From contig DAOLCW010000006.1 in assembly GCA_035327665.1 (NCBI GenBank), positions 165 through 64,164 on the forward strand: a stretch of DNA of 64,000 bases, in the 5' to 3' direction. The notes beneath the pieces were generated by a model. The model made no database searches. It was not told where the DNA came from and saw only the letters and a program-made list of their open reading frames with translations. This document shows positions 9,091 through 17,933 of this stretch, one piece after another. This DNA is from Kiritimatiellia bacterium. Its GTDB lineage: Bacteria > Verrucomicrobiota > Kiritimatiellia > CAIVKH01. The translations under genes were made by a program, and so were the position numbers. Within the stretch, counting starts at the first letter, position 1. Every line of letters begins with the position of its first letter.

Positions 9091-10181
9091 CCGTGGGTGG
9101 AAAGGGTTCGGGACGGGGACGACCCCCGCAGGGTCGCCGCGGCGGCGAGAAGCAACGCCTCGGTTTCTTCCCAGCCAAGACACGCATCGGTGATCGAAAC
9201 CCCGTACTGAAGGGTCGACACATCGGCGGGCAACGGCTGATTGCCCGATTCAAGATGGCTTTCCAGCATCGCCCCCATAATCCCCCGGCAACCTGCTTCA
9301 CGCTGGCTCAAAATATCCTTCCACACCTCCACCTGCTTTCGCGGGTCCTTATTGGAGTTGGCATGGCTACAATCAATCATAACGCGTGGACTGAGGCTGT
9401 GCTTCTGCAGAAGGGACAAGGAAGCTTGGATCTGTTCAGCCTGATAGTTCGGCCCCTGAATGCCGCCACGCAAAACAATGTGGCAATCGGAATTTCCCAG
9501 TGTCTTGATCACACTGGTCCGGCCATCCTGGTCAATCCCCAGAAAACTGTGCGAGCGGGAAGCCGACATCAACGCATCCACCGCCGTCTGAATCCGTCCA
9601 TCCGTCCCGTTCTTGAACCCCACCGGCATCGACAGCCCGCTTGCCATCTCCCGGTGCGTCTGAGACTCGGTCGTGCGGGCTCCAATCGCCGCCCAGGTTA
9701 TGAGATCACCAAGGTACTGGGGAACGATCGGATCGAGAAACTCCGTTGCCACCGGCAACCCCATTTCCCCGAGGTCAACAATCAGCTTGCGCGCAGTTTG
9801 GAGCCCTTTGACGATGTCGCACGAATCGTCAAGGTCGGGATCGTTTATTAAACCCTTCCAGCCCACCGTGGTTCGTGGCTTCTCGAAATAAACCCGCATC
9901 ACCACAAACAGCTCATCGGAAATCTGCTCCCGGAGCTTGATCAGCCGTTGACCATAGTCCACGGCACTCACCGGATCATGAATCGAACAGGGACCCACGA
10001 CGGCAAGAAAACGAGGATCCTCTCCCGCCAGAATCCGCGAGACCGTCTCCCGCGATTCGGCCACCCTCGCTCGCAAGCGCTCACCGGCCGGAATCGACTC
10101 CTTGATCTGCCGGGGCGAAACCAGAGCTTGGGCTGCGGCCACCCGAAGGTTCTCTACATGCAATTCTGTCCGTTCTGTCAT
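9087..10181 (-). CDS. aroG: 3-deoxy-7-phosphoheptulonate (DAHP) synthase, class I (AroG/F/H type)
   Basis: VVGPCSIHDP...VMRVYFEKPRTTVGWKGLINDP...GARTTESQTHREMASGLSMPVGFKNGTDG...GNSDCHIVLRGG...MIDCSHANS...ESHLESGNQ...YGVSITDACLGWEETEALL matches E. coli AroG almost block for block. The start is the internal ATG at 10181 (MTERTELHVENL); the track ORF extends further upstream, antisense-like. The stop overlaps the map start (ATGA). Confidence 0.9.
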   Translation of the reverse strand: MTERTELHVENLRVAAAQALVSPRQIKESIPAGERLRARVAESRETVSRILAGEDPRFLAVVGPCSIHDPVSAVDYGQRLIKLREQISDELFVVMRVYFEKPRTTVGWKGLINDPDLDDSCDIVKGLQTARKLIVDLGEMGLPVATEFLDPIVPQYLGDLITWAAIGARTTESQTHREMASGLSMPVGFKNGTDGRIQTAVDALMSASRSHSFLGIDQDGRTSVIKTLGNSDCHIVLRGGIQGPNYQAEQIQASLSLLQKHSLSPRVMIDCSHANSNKDPRKQVEVWKDILSQREAGCRGIMGAMLESHLESGNQPLPADVSTLQYGVSITDACLGWEETEALLLAAAATLRGSSPSRTLSTHG

Positions 10182-10308
10182 AACGCCATTCAAGTTCGAT
10201 TCAGGTCCGACGAGCCGGACCGTAGACCGGGAAAGGGCGTAACCTAACGCAAACCCTCCCCCCGGATCAAGTCCGGGGAACCGCTGAACGAACAAATTAA
10301 AAAACCGG

Positions 10309-12117
10309 TCAACGATCCTGCCGCCGCGCCGGCGTGGCCGGAAAAACCAAACTGTGCGTTTCCGATACATTACCCACCACATCCACCGCACGGTAATGCA
10401 ATGTGTACTCCGCATACGATCCAATCTCCAACGGATCAACATAGACGCTAAACGGCTTCTCGTTCAGGCGATACTCAACGCGGTCGACCCCCGTCCCGTC
10501 CTCGGCGCTCAACGAAACCCGAAACCAGCTAACATCATCCTTGGTTCGGCGGGGCGGGCTAATCGCCACCCCGATCTCCGGTGGCGTCGCATCCACCTCC
10601 ACCTCGATCTGACCCTCTGGCCCGAGCGCTCCGTCCGCGCCAACCCCCCGAAACCGCAAGGTGTTCACACCTTCGCTCCGGAACACCACTGGACCCGTCA
10701 GCGATTGGTACTCGCCCCCGTTCAAACGAACGAGAAAATCCACCACACTCGTATCCTCCCGGGCCGGGCGCGGCGTAAACTGGTAGTGCGGACTGACGAT
10801 CGAACGTCCCTCATGACTCACCACCGGTCGGTTTACCCCCAGCTTTACCTCAAGATCCCGTTCAATCGTTAACCGGCCCTCCGGCCCCGGTGCCCCCTGC
10901 AATCCATCGGGCGTCAAACTCGAAATCCGCCAGAGAAAATTCCCGGGATCCAACACTTCCGACACCCAGCCCGTGTCCCGCACCACCTGATCCTGCACAA
11001 TCCTCGTGAACTCCGGGTCCCGGGCAATCTCTACCCGGTACGCCGCTGTGATCCCCTCCCGAGGATCCGGCGACCACACCAAGCGGAGCCGCTGCACCGC
11101 CGTGGTCAACCCCGGCCCGGGGACACTCACCAACGGCGGCGCCGGCAACAGAATCGGCGGAGAGGGCGGGCGGTTATCCCTCACCAGTGAACCAAACGAC
11201 TCCGGCAACACCACCCGCGAACCCGCAGACCCCAGCTCGGCCTCCCCCTCCAACACCGAGACCCGCGTCGTGTTCCGGTCGTCCGCCCCTACCCGCAAAC
11301 GCGTCCCCCGAATCGCCGTTACCGAACCGAGCGAACGGATATGAAACTGGGAATTGCTATGCACCCGGGGGGTGATCTCCCCCAAAATTTCACCCATCAA
11401 CACATCGAGCCGTGACGTGCGCAGTTCGTTGCGACGGTCCCGCAAAAACGTCGCCACCCTCATTTCGGTTTCCGACTGAATCTGCAGCGTGCTCCCGTCC
11501 GCAAGCCCCAGATCTGCCCGCGCCTCCGGCCCCGTGCGCAGCCGATGGGTGACCTCAACCCGATCCCCCTCGCCGACCACGCTCCACGTCCGACCGTCGT
11601 CCGCCGAGCGCTCCACCTTCCCATGCACCTGGAGAATCGTCGCCGGTTCCTCCACCGGAGCAACCCGGTCCGCCTCCGCCACCGCTTGAGCCGCCAGCGT
11701 CTTTGCCAGATCGGCCTGAGCCGTCGCTTGCTCATAGATCGCGTCCTTCCGGTTCCGCCGAGCAGACTCCAGCAAGGAGGACGCCCGCTCGTAAAGCCGG
11801 GTCGCAAAAACATCCGCTCCTGCCGCGCCCGCCCGGCCCACCGCCTGCTCCGCCTCGCTCAACGCCGACAACGCCGACGCCCGAACCCCCACCGGAATCG
11901 CCAGCACAAATCCGGGAACCACATCCGCTTCATCGGTCAAATCGTTGAAACGAAGAATCTCATCCCCACTCTCCGCGTCGCCCAAATACCTGACCGCAAG
12001 CGATACCACGGTCTCCCCTTCCTCCACCACATGGGTTCGAAACGGGGGCGAGGCGCTAACCTGAACGCCCCCTGCCCATAAGCAGGTCAACATCAACATT
12101 CCCTGAAAAAACTTCAT
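10309..12117 (-). CDS. secreted LysM–FecR-domain protein with C-terminal Ig/FN3-like beta domains
   Basis: ATG at 12117 (MKFFQGMLMLTCLWAGGVQVSA signal). LysM-like HVVEEGETVVSLAVRYLGD. FecR-like block ILQVHGKVERSADDGRTWSVVGEGDRVEVTH...LADGSTLQIQSETEMRV. Beta-rich repeats follow. The gene starts 2 nt after the upstream kinase gene ends. Confidence 0.65.
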   Translation of the reverse strand: MKFFQGMLMLTCLWAGGVQVSASPPFRTHVVEEGETVVSLAVRYLGDAESGDEILRFNDLTDEADVVPGFVLAIPVGVRASALSALSEAEQAVGRAGAAGADVFATRLYERASSLLESARRNRKDAIYEQATAQADLAKTLAAQAVAEADRVAPVEEPATILQVHGKVERSADDGRTWSVVGEGDRVEVTHRLRTGPEARADLGLADGSTLQIQSETEMRVATFLRDRRNELRTSRLDVLMGEILGEITPRVHSNSQFHIRSLGSVTAIRGTRLRVGADDRNTTRVSVLEGEAELGSAGSRVVLPESFGSLVRDNRPPSPPILLPAPPLVSVPGPGLTTAVQRLRLVWSPDPREGITAAYRVEIARDPEFTRIVQDQVVRDTGWVSEVLDPGNFLWRISSLTPDGLQGAPGPEGRLTIERDLEVKLGVNRPVVSHEGRSIVSPHYQFTPRPAREDTSVVDFLVRLNGGEYQSLTGPVVFRSEGVNTLRFRGVGADGALGPEGQIEVEVDATPPEIGVAISPPRRTKDDVSWFRVSLSAEDGTGVDRVEYRLNEKPFSVYVDPLEIGSYAEYTLHYRAVDVVGNVSETHSLVFPATPARRQDR

Positions 12118-12118
12118 A

Positions 12119-14065
12119 TCATAACACCTTGGGTTCACTCGATTCATCACATTCGTTTAGCACGCGGGCCAGAGGAAGATACACATGCACGGCCACACCA
12201 TCCCCCGAGGACGTCCAAGGCGACTCCACCTCGATCCGTCCCCAATGCGCTTCCGCCACCATCCGGCATAAGGTCAAACCCAACCCTGTGCCCCGATGGT
12301 CCGAATCACCTCCCGCTTCTTCAAACGGGCGAAACATCCCTGCTCGCACCCGATCGTCCAAAGCCCTCCCCTGATTCCTGACCGAAACTAGACCATAACC
12401 GGAACGTTCCGTCACCTTCAACTCGATCCCGCTTCCCGGAGGGCTGAATTTTAATCCGTTATGAAGAAGATTCCCTACCAACCGGCCCAGCAGCGCCCGG
12501 TCCCCCCACACCGTCACCGGCCCCTCTCCCGGGACTTCCACCACCATCCCCACCTCTACCACCTCGGCCGCTGCCATATAATCCCGGCCCAACTCCCGGA
12601 CCAGATCGCCAAGATCCACCTCCCCTGGCGTTAGTTTCATCCGGCCTTCCTCCAGCTTCCGGATGTCCAACAGTGACCCCACCTCCAGGGCCATTTGTTG
12701 AAGACTGGCCGATGCCACCTGAAGCGGCTCCCGCGCCGCCCCCGGAACATCCCCGGTCAGCCGGCCCAGCGTCCGTAAACTCATCTGGACCGCCGATACC
12801 CGGTTGCGAAGATCATGCACCAGCATGTCGGTAAACCGCTGCTTCGCCTCTTCGAGCCGCTGCAAATGAATTCGTTGACGGCGGTCCACATCCCAACGCA
12901 GCGCCAGCAAGCCGGTCACGCTCAACGCCGCGCCCAGCCCCGGCATCACCACCGGAACCATCCACCCCGCGCCCCAACTGATCACATGCACCACCCCCAC
13001 AAATAAAACCAGGGTCAGCGCCGCTTGACTTAAAAACATCCACGGACGCTCCCCCCGGAAGAAAAACGGCAACCCCGCCACCCACAATGTCATCCCCGCA
13101 GCCAGCCACCAACCGCCCACCCGGTACTGACGATTCGACAACAAATTGTCCACCGCCGTCGCCGCAATCACCACCCCCGCCTCGCTCTGTTTCATCGAGG
13201 TGACCTCCCGGTCCAACGGCAACCCCGTCGCCAGCGAGCCAATCAATACAATCTTCCCTGAAAACCACTCCCGCCCGACCACCGGAACCTCCCCCCGGCG
13301 CTCCGCCTGCCAAGACTCCAACACATCCACCAGCGAAAACATCGTCGGCAAACGCGAACCCGGCATCAGGTAGAACCCATCCCCCAACGCTAACGCCGGC
13401 AGCTCCGACCGATACAACCGCGCCACCTCCACCGAAAACGAATACACCGCCTCCCCCTCCGGTCGTATCACCGGAACGTGCCGGCGCACCACCCCGTCCG
13501 CCTCCGGCCACACATGCGTGTGACCGATTCCCCGCAGACCCCCCGCAAGTTCGGCAAACGGACGCGCCAGGCGCAGCATCGCCGGATCCCAAAATGCCGC
13601 CCCTACCACCCGGCCATGAGCCGCAACCGCCTCCGCCAAGGCAAGATCGCTATCCCGCCCCTGCAAATCCCCCTCAACAAACAGAATATCCAGCCCCACC
13701 ACCGCCGCCTCGGATAGATAATCGATTACCGGCGCAAACACCGCCCGCGGCCACGGCCATCGACCCAACGAACCCTCCAGCCGGGCCAGACTTTCATCAT
13801 CCAACGCCACCACCACCAACTCCACCGAAGGTTCCACCCCTGTCGCATTCCAGCGTACCCGAAGATCGTACCACTGGCTTTCCAGTCGCTTCATCGGCGT
13901 GGTCACTCCCGCCCCCAAAGCCAACCCTACCGACCCCGCCCAAATCCACCAGCGAAACCAGCCCGCCCCCCTACCCCGCGCGTCCACGACGCGCCGTTGC
14001 GGCTTGGGATTGCCAGCCGCCCCGACACCGCTTAGGGTGGAGCCGTCATTTTCGCGAACCGTCAC
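12119..14065 (-). CDS. CHASE2-domain sensor histidine kinase
   Basis: TM1 (WFRWWIWAGSVGLALGAGV), a ~270-aa periplasmic domain (…AVVGLDILFVEGDLQGRDSD…) and three TM helices form the CHASE2 topology. Then HisKA (FTDMLVHDLRNRVSAVQMSL) and HATPase_c (LVGNLLHNGLKFSPPGSGIEL…GTGLGLTLCRMV). The 5' codon at 14065 is a non-ATG start in the track, so the true start is uncertain. Confidence 0.75.
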   Translation of the reverse strand: MTVRENDGSTLSGVGAAGNPKPQRRVVDARGRGAGWFRWWIWAGSVGLALGAGVTTPMKRLESQWYDLRVRWNATGVEPSVELVVVALDDESLARLEGSLGRWPWPRAVFAPVIDYLSEAAVVGLDILFVEGDLQGRDSDLALAEAVAAHGRVVGAAFWDPAMLRLARPFAELAGGLRGIGHTHVWPEADGVVRRHVPVIRPEGEAVYSFSVEVARLYRSELPALALGDGFYLMPGSRLPTMFSLVDVLESWQAERRGEVPVVGREWFSGKIVLIGSLATGLPLDREVTSMKQSEAGVVIAATAVDNLLSNRQYRVGGWWLAAGMTLWVAGLPFFFRGERPWMFLSQAALTLVLFVGVVHVISWGAGWMVPVVMPGLGAALSVTGLLALRWDVDRRQRIHLQRLEEAKQRFTDMLVHDLRNRVSAVQMSLRTLGRLTGDVPGAAREPLQVASASLQQMALEVGSLLDIRKLEEGRMKLTPGEVDLGDLVRELGRDYMAAAEVVEVGMVVEVPGEGPVTVWGDRALLGRLVGNLLHNGLKFSPPGSGIELKVTERSGYGLVSVRNQGRALDDRVRAGMFRPFEEAGGDSDHRGTGLGLTLCRMVAEAHWGRIEVESPWTSSGDGVAVHVYLPLARVLNECDESSEPKVL

Positions 14066-14085
14066 GTCACGTCACCTTCCATTCC

Positions 14086-15435
14086 ATGTACACCGAACAT
14101 ATTCTCCTCATCGAAGACGACCCCCTCATGGCCAAAGCCATGACCGCCACCATTTCCGCATGGGGCATGCGCGTCGAACGAACCCCCTCGGCCGAAGAAG
14201 CCCTCCAACGCCTCGAAGACACCGCGTACGATCTGGTCATCACCGATGTATGCCTCCCCGGAAAATCCGGATTCGAGGTCCTCGACACCGTCCTGTCCGA
14301 ATACAGCCAACTTCCTGTTATCCTCGTTACCGGTCACGGCAACGTCCCCCAAGCCGTCGATGCCATTCGGCGCGGTGCCTTCGACTACATTCTCAAACCC
14401 ATCGATCCCGATGAGTTCGAAATCACCGTTCGACGTGCCCTGAATCATGGACGTCTCCATCGCGAAAATCAAACCCTTCGGCAGGAACTTGCCTCCTTTG
14501 GCGTCGAGGACCACCTCATGATCGGCCGAAGCCCCCCCATGCAGGACGTCTATACCCGCATCGACAAAATCGCCGCCACCGACACCACCACCCTGATCCT
14601 CGGCGAAACCGGCACCGGCAAGGAGCTCGTCGCCCGCGCCGTCCATCGGCGAAGCCGCCGCGCCCACCAACCCTTCATTGCCTGCAACTGCGCCGCCTTT
14701 CATGCCTCCCTCCTCGAAAGCGAATTGTTCGGCCATGAAAAAGGCGCTTTCACCGGCGCCGCCTCCACTCGACGCGGACGATTTGAAGAAGCCGACGGCG
14801 GAACCCTTTTCCTCGATGAAATCGGCGAAACCACCAACGAATTCCAAGCCAAACTTCTTCGCGCCCTCCAGGAGCGCGTCATCGAACGCGTCGGCAGTTC
14901 CCATCCCATTCCCGTAAATGTCCGGGTCATCGCCTCCACCAATCGTGACCTCAAACGCGAAGTCGCCGAAAAGCGCTTCCGTTCCGACCTCTTTTACCGC
15001 ATCAACGTCGTGCCCATCCTCCTCCCTCCCCTTCGCAACCGCGGCGACGACATCCTCGAACTTGCCCACTACTTCATCCGCGAAAACGCCGAGGTCCTCG
15101 GCAAACCCATCCCCCGGCTCAACCTCGACGGCCGCGACTTCCTTCGTTCCTACCCATGGCCCGGCAATGTCCGCGAATTGAAAAACGCCATCGAACGCGC
15201 CGTGATCCTCTCCTCCTCCGATGCGCTCGGCGCTTCCGACTTCGAAGTCGGCGATGTCAAAACCGCGCCCCCCATCCGCACCCTTGCCGACGCCACCGCC
15301 GAAGCGACCCGCCAGCAGGTGCTCGCCGCCCTCCAACACTCCGGTGGAGAACGAAAAGCCGCCGCCGAGCGCCTCGGCATTGACCGGGTCACCCTCTACC
15401 GGCTCATGAAAAAGCTCAACCTTGCCTACCCGTAA
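14086..15435 (+). CDS. sigma-54-dependent two-component response regulator (NtrC family)
   Basis: Internal ATG at 14086 (MYTEHILLIEDDPLMAK). REC domain (DLVITDVCLPGKSGFE). Sigma54-activator AAA+ domain (GETGTGKELVARAVH, ESELFGHEKGAFTGA, GGTLFLDEIGE). C-terminal Fis-type HTH (AAAERLGIDRVTLYRLMKK). The upstream 164 codons of the track ORF are Pro-rich antisense translation of the kinase gene. Confidence 0.85.
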   Translation: MYTEHILLIEDDPLMAKAMTATISAWGMRVERTPSAEEALQRLEDTAYDLVITDVCLPGKSGFEVLDTVLSEYSQLPVILVTGHGNVPQAVDAIRRGAFDYILKPIDPDEFEITVRRALNHGRLHRENQTLRQELASFGVEDHLMIGRSPPMQDVYTRIDKIAATDTTTLILGETGTGKELVARAVHRRSRRAHQPFIACNCAAFHASLLESELFGHEKGAFTGAASTRRGRFEEADGGTLFLDEIGETTNEFQAKLLRALQERVIERVGSSHPIPVNVRVIASTNRDLKREVAEKRFRSDLFYRINVVPILLPPLRNRGDDILELAHYFIRENAEVLGKPIPRLNLDGRDFLRSYPWPGNVRELKNAIERAVILSSSDALGASDFEVGDVKTAPPIRTLADATAEATRQQVLAALQHSGGERKAAAERLGIDRVTLYRLMKKLNLAYP

Positions 15436-15473
15436 CCTCCCTGAACCCCGCCCTCCCGGTGCCCGAACCGGCT

Positions 15474-15983
15474 TCATGTCAGGTAGGAATCCACCCCAAC
15501 CAGACGCGATACATCCCCGCCCCATAACCGGGGTTGCTCAATCAATATCTGGAAGGTCGAAAGACTAAACGGCTTGGCCAGAAACGACAAATGATCATCC
15601 CGCATCAGGTAAGGTGCCAACAATCCGCCAAACGCGCCCGCCGACATCATGATCACCGGAAAATCCGCCGAAAACGAGCGGATGATATGATAGACCTCCA
15701 ACCCGTTCCCATCCTCAAGCTCGATATCCAAAAACGCCGCGCGCCAATGCGCAAGGATATCCCCGTTCCCGATCAAGGATCGCGCCTCCTCCACAGACCG
15801 CGCAGGCGCAGGCATGTAACCTGACATCACCACCGCCTGCTCCATGAGCGAAAGAATCGCCGGATAATCCTCTAGCAGAAGTATCCCGGCCAACTTCGGC
15901 TCGGAAGCGTAACCAATGGACTCAGAAAATTCGAATTCAGATGGAGGGAAAGGATTCATCCCTCGTTTGATCGCAAGGTTCAT
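15474..15983 (-). CDS. stand-alone response-regulator receiver (REC) protein
   Basis: ILLLEDYPAILSLM…ARSVEEA…FLDIELEDGNGLEVYHIIRS…PVIMMSA matches the CheY-like acidic pocket and phospho-Asp context. The start is uncertain: internal ATGs lie at 15983 and 15959. Confidence 0.65.
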   Translation of the reverse strand: MNLAIKRGMNPFPPSEFEFSESIGYASEPKLAGILLLEDYPAILSLMEQAVVMSGYMPAPARSVEEARSLIGNGDILAHWRAAFLDIELEDGNGLEVYHIIRSFSADFPVIMMSAGAFGGLLAPYLMRDDHLSFLAKPFSLSTFQILIEQPRLWGGDVSRLVGVDSYLT

Positions 15984-15989
15984 GCCAAA
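15972..15989 (-). promoter_or_regulatory. candidate sigma-54 (-24/-12) promoter
   Basis: The minus strand reads TGGCATGAACCTTGCG, with GG and GC separated by exactly 10 nt; the consensus is TGGCAC-N5-TTGCW. It sits at the 5' end of the REC gene, next to the NtrC-type activator gene. It overlaps the candidate ATG codons, which is a caveat. Confidence 0.3.
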
Positions 15990-16249
15990 CCCCGCGCGTT
16001 GTTGCCAATCCACCGCAGATTCTCATATTCAGCCGGTTTTCCAACCCCCTTCAAACACCAACACCTCGAACCCGCACACCCGGACGCTGCACACACGCAA
16101 CCCGCGTTGCCACACTGCAACACGCTCCTCATTCCAAGTCCCATGAATGGATCGGGCATTCTCCTACCCCTTGTCAGGAAATGACTACAAACCACCCCAT
16201 TGATTTCTCCCGCCGCTTTCTCCCATCCTTGAGCCAAGGAGAGAGTACC

Positions 16250-16627
16250 ATGAATAAACGCATCTTGATTGTGGACGACGAAGCAGGCTTCACCCGACTC
16301 ATGGCCATGAACCTCGAAGAGGCCGGAAACTATGAAATCAAGGAGGTCAACGATCCCGCCGAAGCCACCCGGGCCATCCATTTCTTTAAACCGGACGTCT
16401 GTGTGCTGGACATCCTCATGCCTGGGAAAAGTGGACTTCAGCTCGCCGAAGAATGGATGCATGACCCCCGCCACAGCAAAGTACCCATCCTGTTTCTGAC
16501 CGCCGCCGTCTCCAAGGACCAACCCGGCCTCGAGCACCCCTTGCTCGAACAACACCGCGTACTCGTCAAGCCCATCCGCTTCGATGAACTCCTCGCCGCC
16601 ATCGAAGACGCTCTCAAATCAAGCTGA
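16250..16627 (+). CDS. stand-alone response-regulator receiver (REC) protein
   Basis: Internal ATG at 16250 (MNKRILIVDDEAGFTRLMAMNLEEAGNYEI…PDVCVLDILMPGKSGLQL…VPILFLTAAVS…LVKPIRFDEL) is a canonical CheY-like domain. Confidence 0.85.
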   Translation: MNKRILIVDDEAGFTRLMAMNLEEAGNYEIKEVNDPAEATRAIHFFKPDVCVLDILMPGKSGLQLAEEWMHDPRHSKVPILFLTAAVSKDQPGLEHPLLEQHRVLVKPIRFDELLAAIEDALKSS

Positions 16628-16638
16628 CATCCACCATC

Positions 16639-17919
16639 ATGCAGGGCCTAGTCGTCACGCCGGAAAATGCGATCCTCTCCGATTCCGATACCATCGGAAA
16701 ACATCATGTTCCTTCCCGTGATCACCCCTACCGGGTGCTTCATATCGAGGATGAAGACATGCCCGCAGAAGTCGTCAACGTTCGCCTCCGGCATGACGAC
16801 CCCGGTCTCTTCGAACTTCAGCGCGCGGCCACCCTCGCCGAAGCCATCCGTCTCATCAACCCCGACCACCTTCCTGATTGCGTGCTGCTCGACCTCAATC
16901 TCCCCGACAGCCAGGGATGGGAAACCTTCAGCCAGATCCGCCAACGCGTAGATGGTGTGCCGATTGTCATTCTCACCGGGGAGTCCGACGAGGCCTTCGC
17001 CACCCAGCTTATTGAAGCAGGCGCCCAGGACTTCCTCTTCAAGCAAGACCTGAAATTCCGGGGCATGCTCAGCCGGACCCTCTGCCACTCCATGTTTCGC
17101 GCAAAAACCCTTCGCATGCTCGAAGAATCCAACCAGCGGCTCAAAAACCAGCGTATCCAACTCGAACAGACCATCACCCACCTTCATCAAACCCAACTTG
17201 CCCTCGCCGAAGCGGAAAAAGTCAAAACCATTGGCCGGCTTGCCGCCGGCATCGCCCACGAAGTCAAAAACCCCCTGGCCATCATCTCCATGGGCCTCGA
17301 CTACCTCGAACGGGCCAAACCGGAGAACCTCCACCGGGCCCGTGAACGCATCCTCCCCGAACTGGAACTAGCCGTCAGCCGAGCCAATACCATCATCTCC
17401 GAATTGTTGAGCTATGCCGCACCTCGCCCCATTCACGTCGAACCCTCCTCGCTCAACACCGTCGTCAGCGAGGTCATTGGCTTCCTTCGCCCCATGTTTC
17501 AGGAAGCCTCCCTGACCCTGGAATGCCACCTCTGCCCCACCCTCCCCGACCTACCCCTCGATGCCCAGAAAATCACCCAAGTCCTCATCAATCTTGTCGC
17601 CAACGCCATCCATGCCACCCCCCCCGGCGGCACCATCACCATCACCACCCACGATACCGAGATTCAACTCGAAGAAGACACACCCGAAGCCCCTTCCCTT
17701 CCCGCCATCCTCCTTGAGGTCCGCGACACCGGACCCGGGATCCCCGACGAGCTTGTCGATCAGATCTACGAACCCTTCTTCACCACCAAACAAAATCGAG
17801 GGGGAACCGGGCTTGGCCTCTGTGTTTCCCGCATGATCATGGAGTTACATGGCGGACGACTGATCGTCGCCAATCACCCGGAAGGCGGCGCTTCCGCCCG
17901 TATGATGTTTCTTGTCTGA
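16639..17919 (+). CDS. hybrid histidine kinase with N-terminal receiver domain
   Basis: ATG at 16639. REC (VLHIEDEDMP…CVLLDLNLPDSQGWE…PIVILTGESD…DFLFK). Coiled linker. HisKA (RLAAGIAHEVKNPLAII). HATPase_c (ILLEVRDTGPGIPDELVDQIYEPFFTTKQNRGGTGLGLCVSRMI). Confidence 0.85.
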   Translation: MQGLVVTPENAILSDSDTIGKHHVPSRDHPYRVLHIEDEDMPAEVVNVRLRHDDPGLFELQRAATLAEAIRLINPDHLPDCVLLDLNLPDSQGWETFSQIRQRVDGVPIVILTGESDEAFATQLIEAGAQDFLFKQDLKFRGMLSRTLCHSMFRAKTLRMLEESNQRLKNQRIQLEQTITHLHQTQLALAEAEKVKTIGRLAAGIAHEVKNPLAIISMGLDYLERAKPENLHRARERILPELELAVSRANTIISELLSYAAPRPIHVEPSSLNTVVSEVIGFLRPMFQEASLTLECHLCPTLPDLPLDAQKITQVLINLVANAIHATPPGGTITITTHDTEIQLEEDTPEAPSLPAILLEVRDTGPGIPDELVDQIYEPFFTTKQNRGGTGLGLCVSRMIMELHGGRLIVANHPEGGASARMMFLV

Positions 17920-17933
17920 TAAAGGAGAATACC

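Noticed and set aside
9093-9851. 252-aa plus-strand ORF overlapping aroG, and similar antisense ORFs over map, gatA/gatB (23007..24035 +), prfA (26179..27093 -), hflX/miaA and radC (28460..29644 +)
   Set aside because: All lie antisense to genes with unambiguous full-length homology and have Arg/Pro-rich nonsense translations.
13594-14085. 164-codon Pro-rich N-terminal extension of the sigma54 regulator ORF in the ORF track
   Set aside because: It is antisense to the CHASE2 kinase gene and has a poly-Pro, low-complexity translation. A canonical REC domain starts at the internal ATG 14086.
16101-16121. Second sigma54-like motif (minus strand TGGCAACGCGGGTTGCG) in the divergent REC/REC intergenic region
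   Set aside because: GG–GC spacing is 11 nt rather than 10, and the -24 box deviates from consensus. Probably chance in GC-rich DNA.
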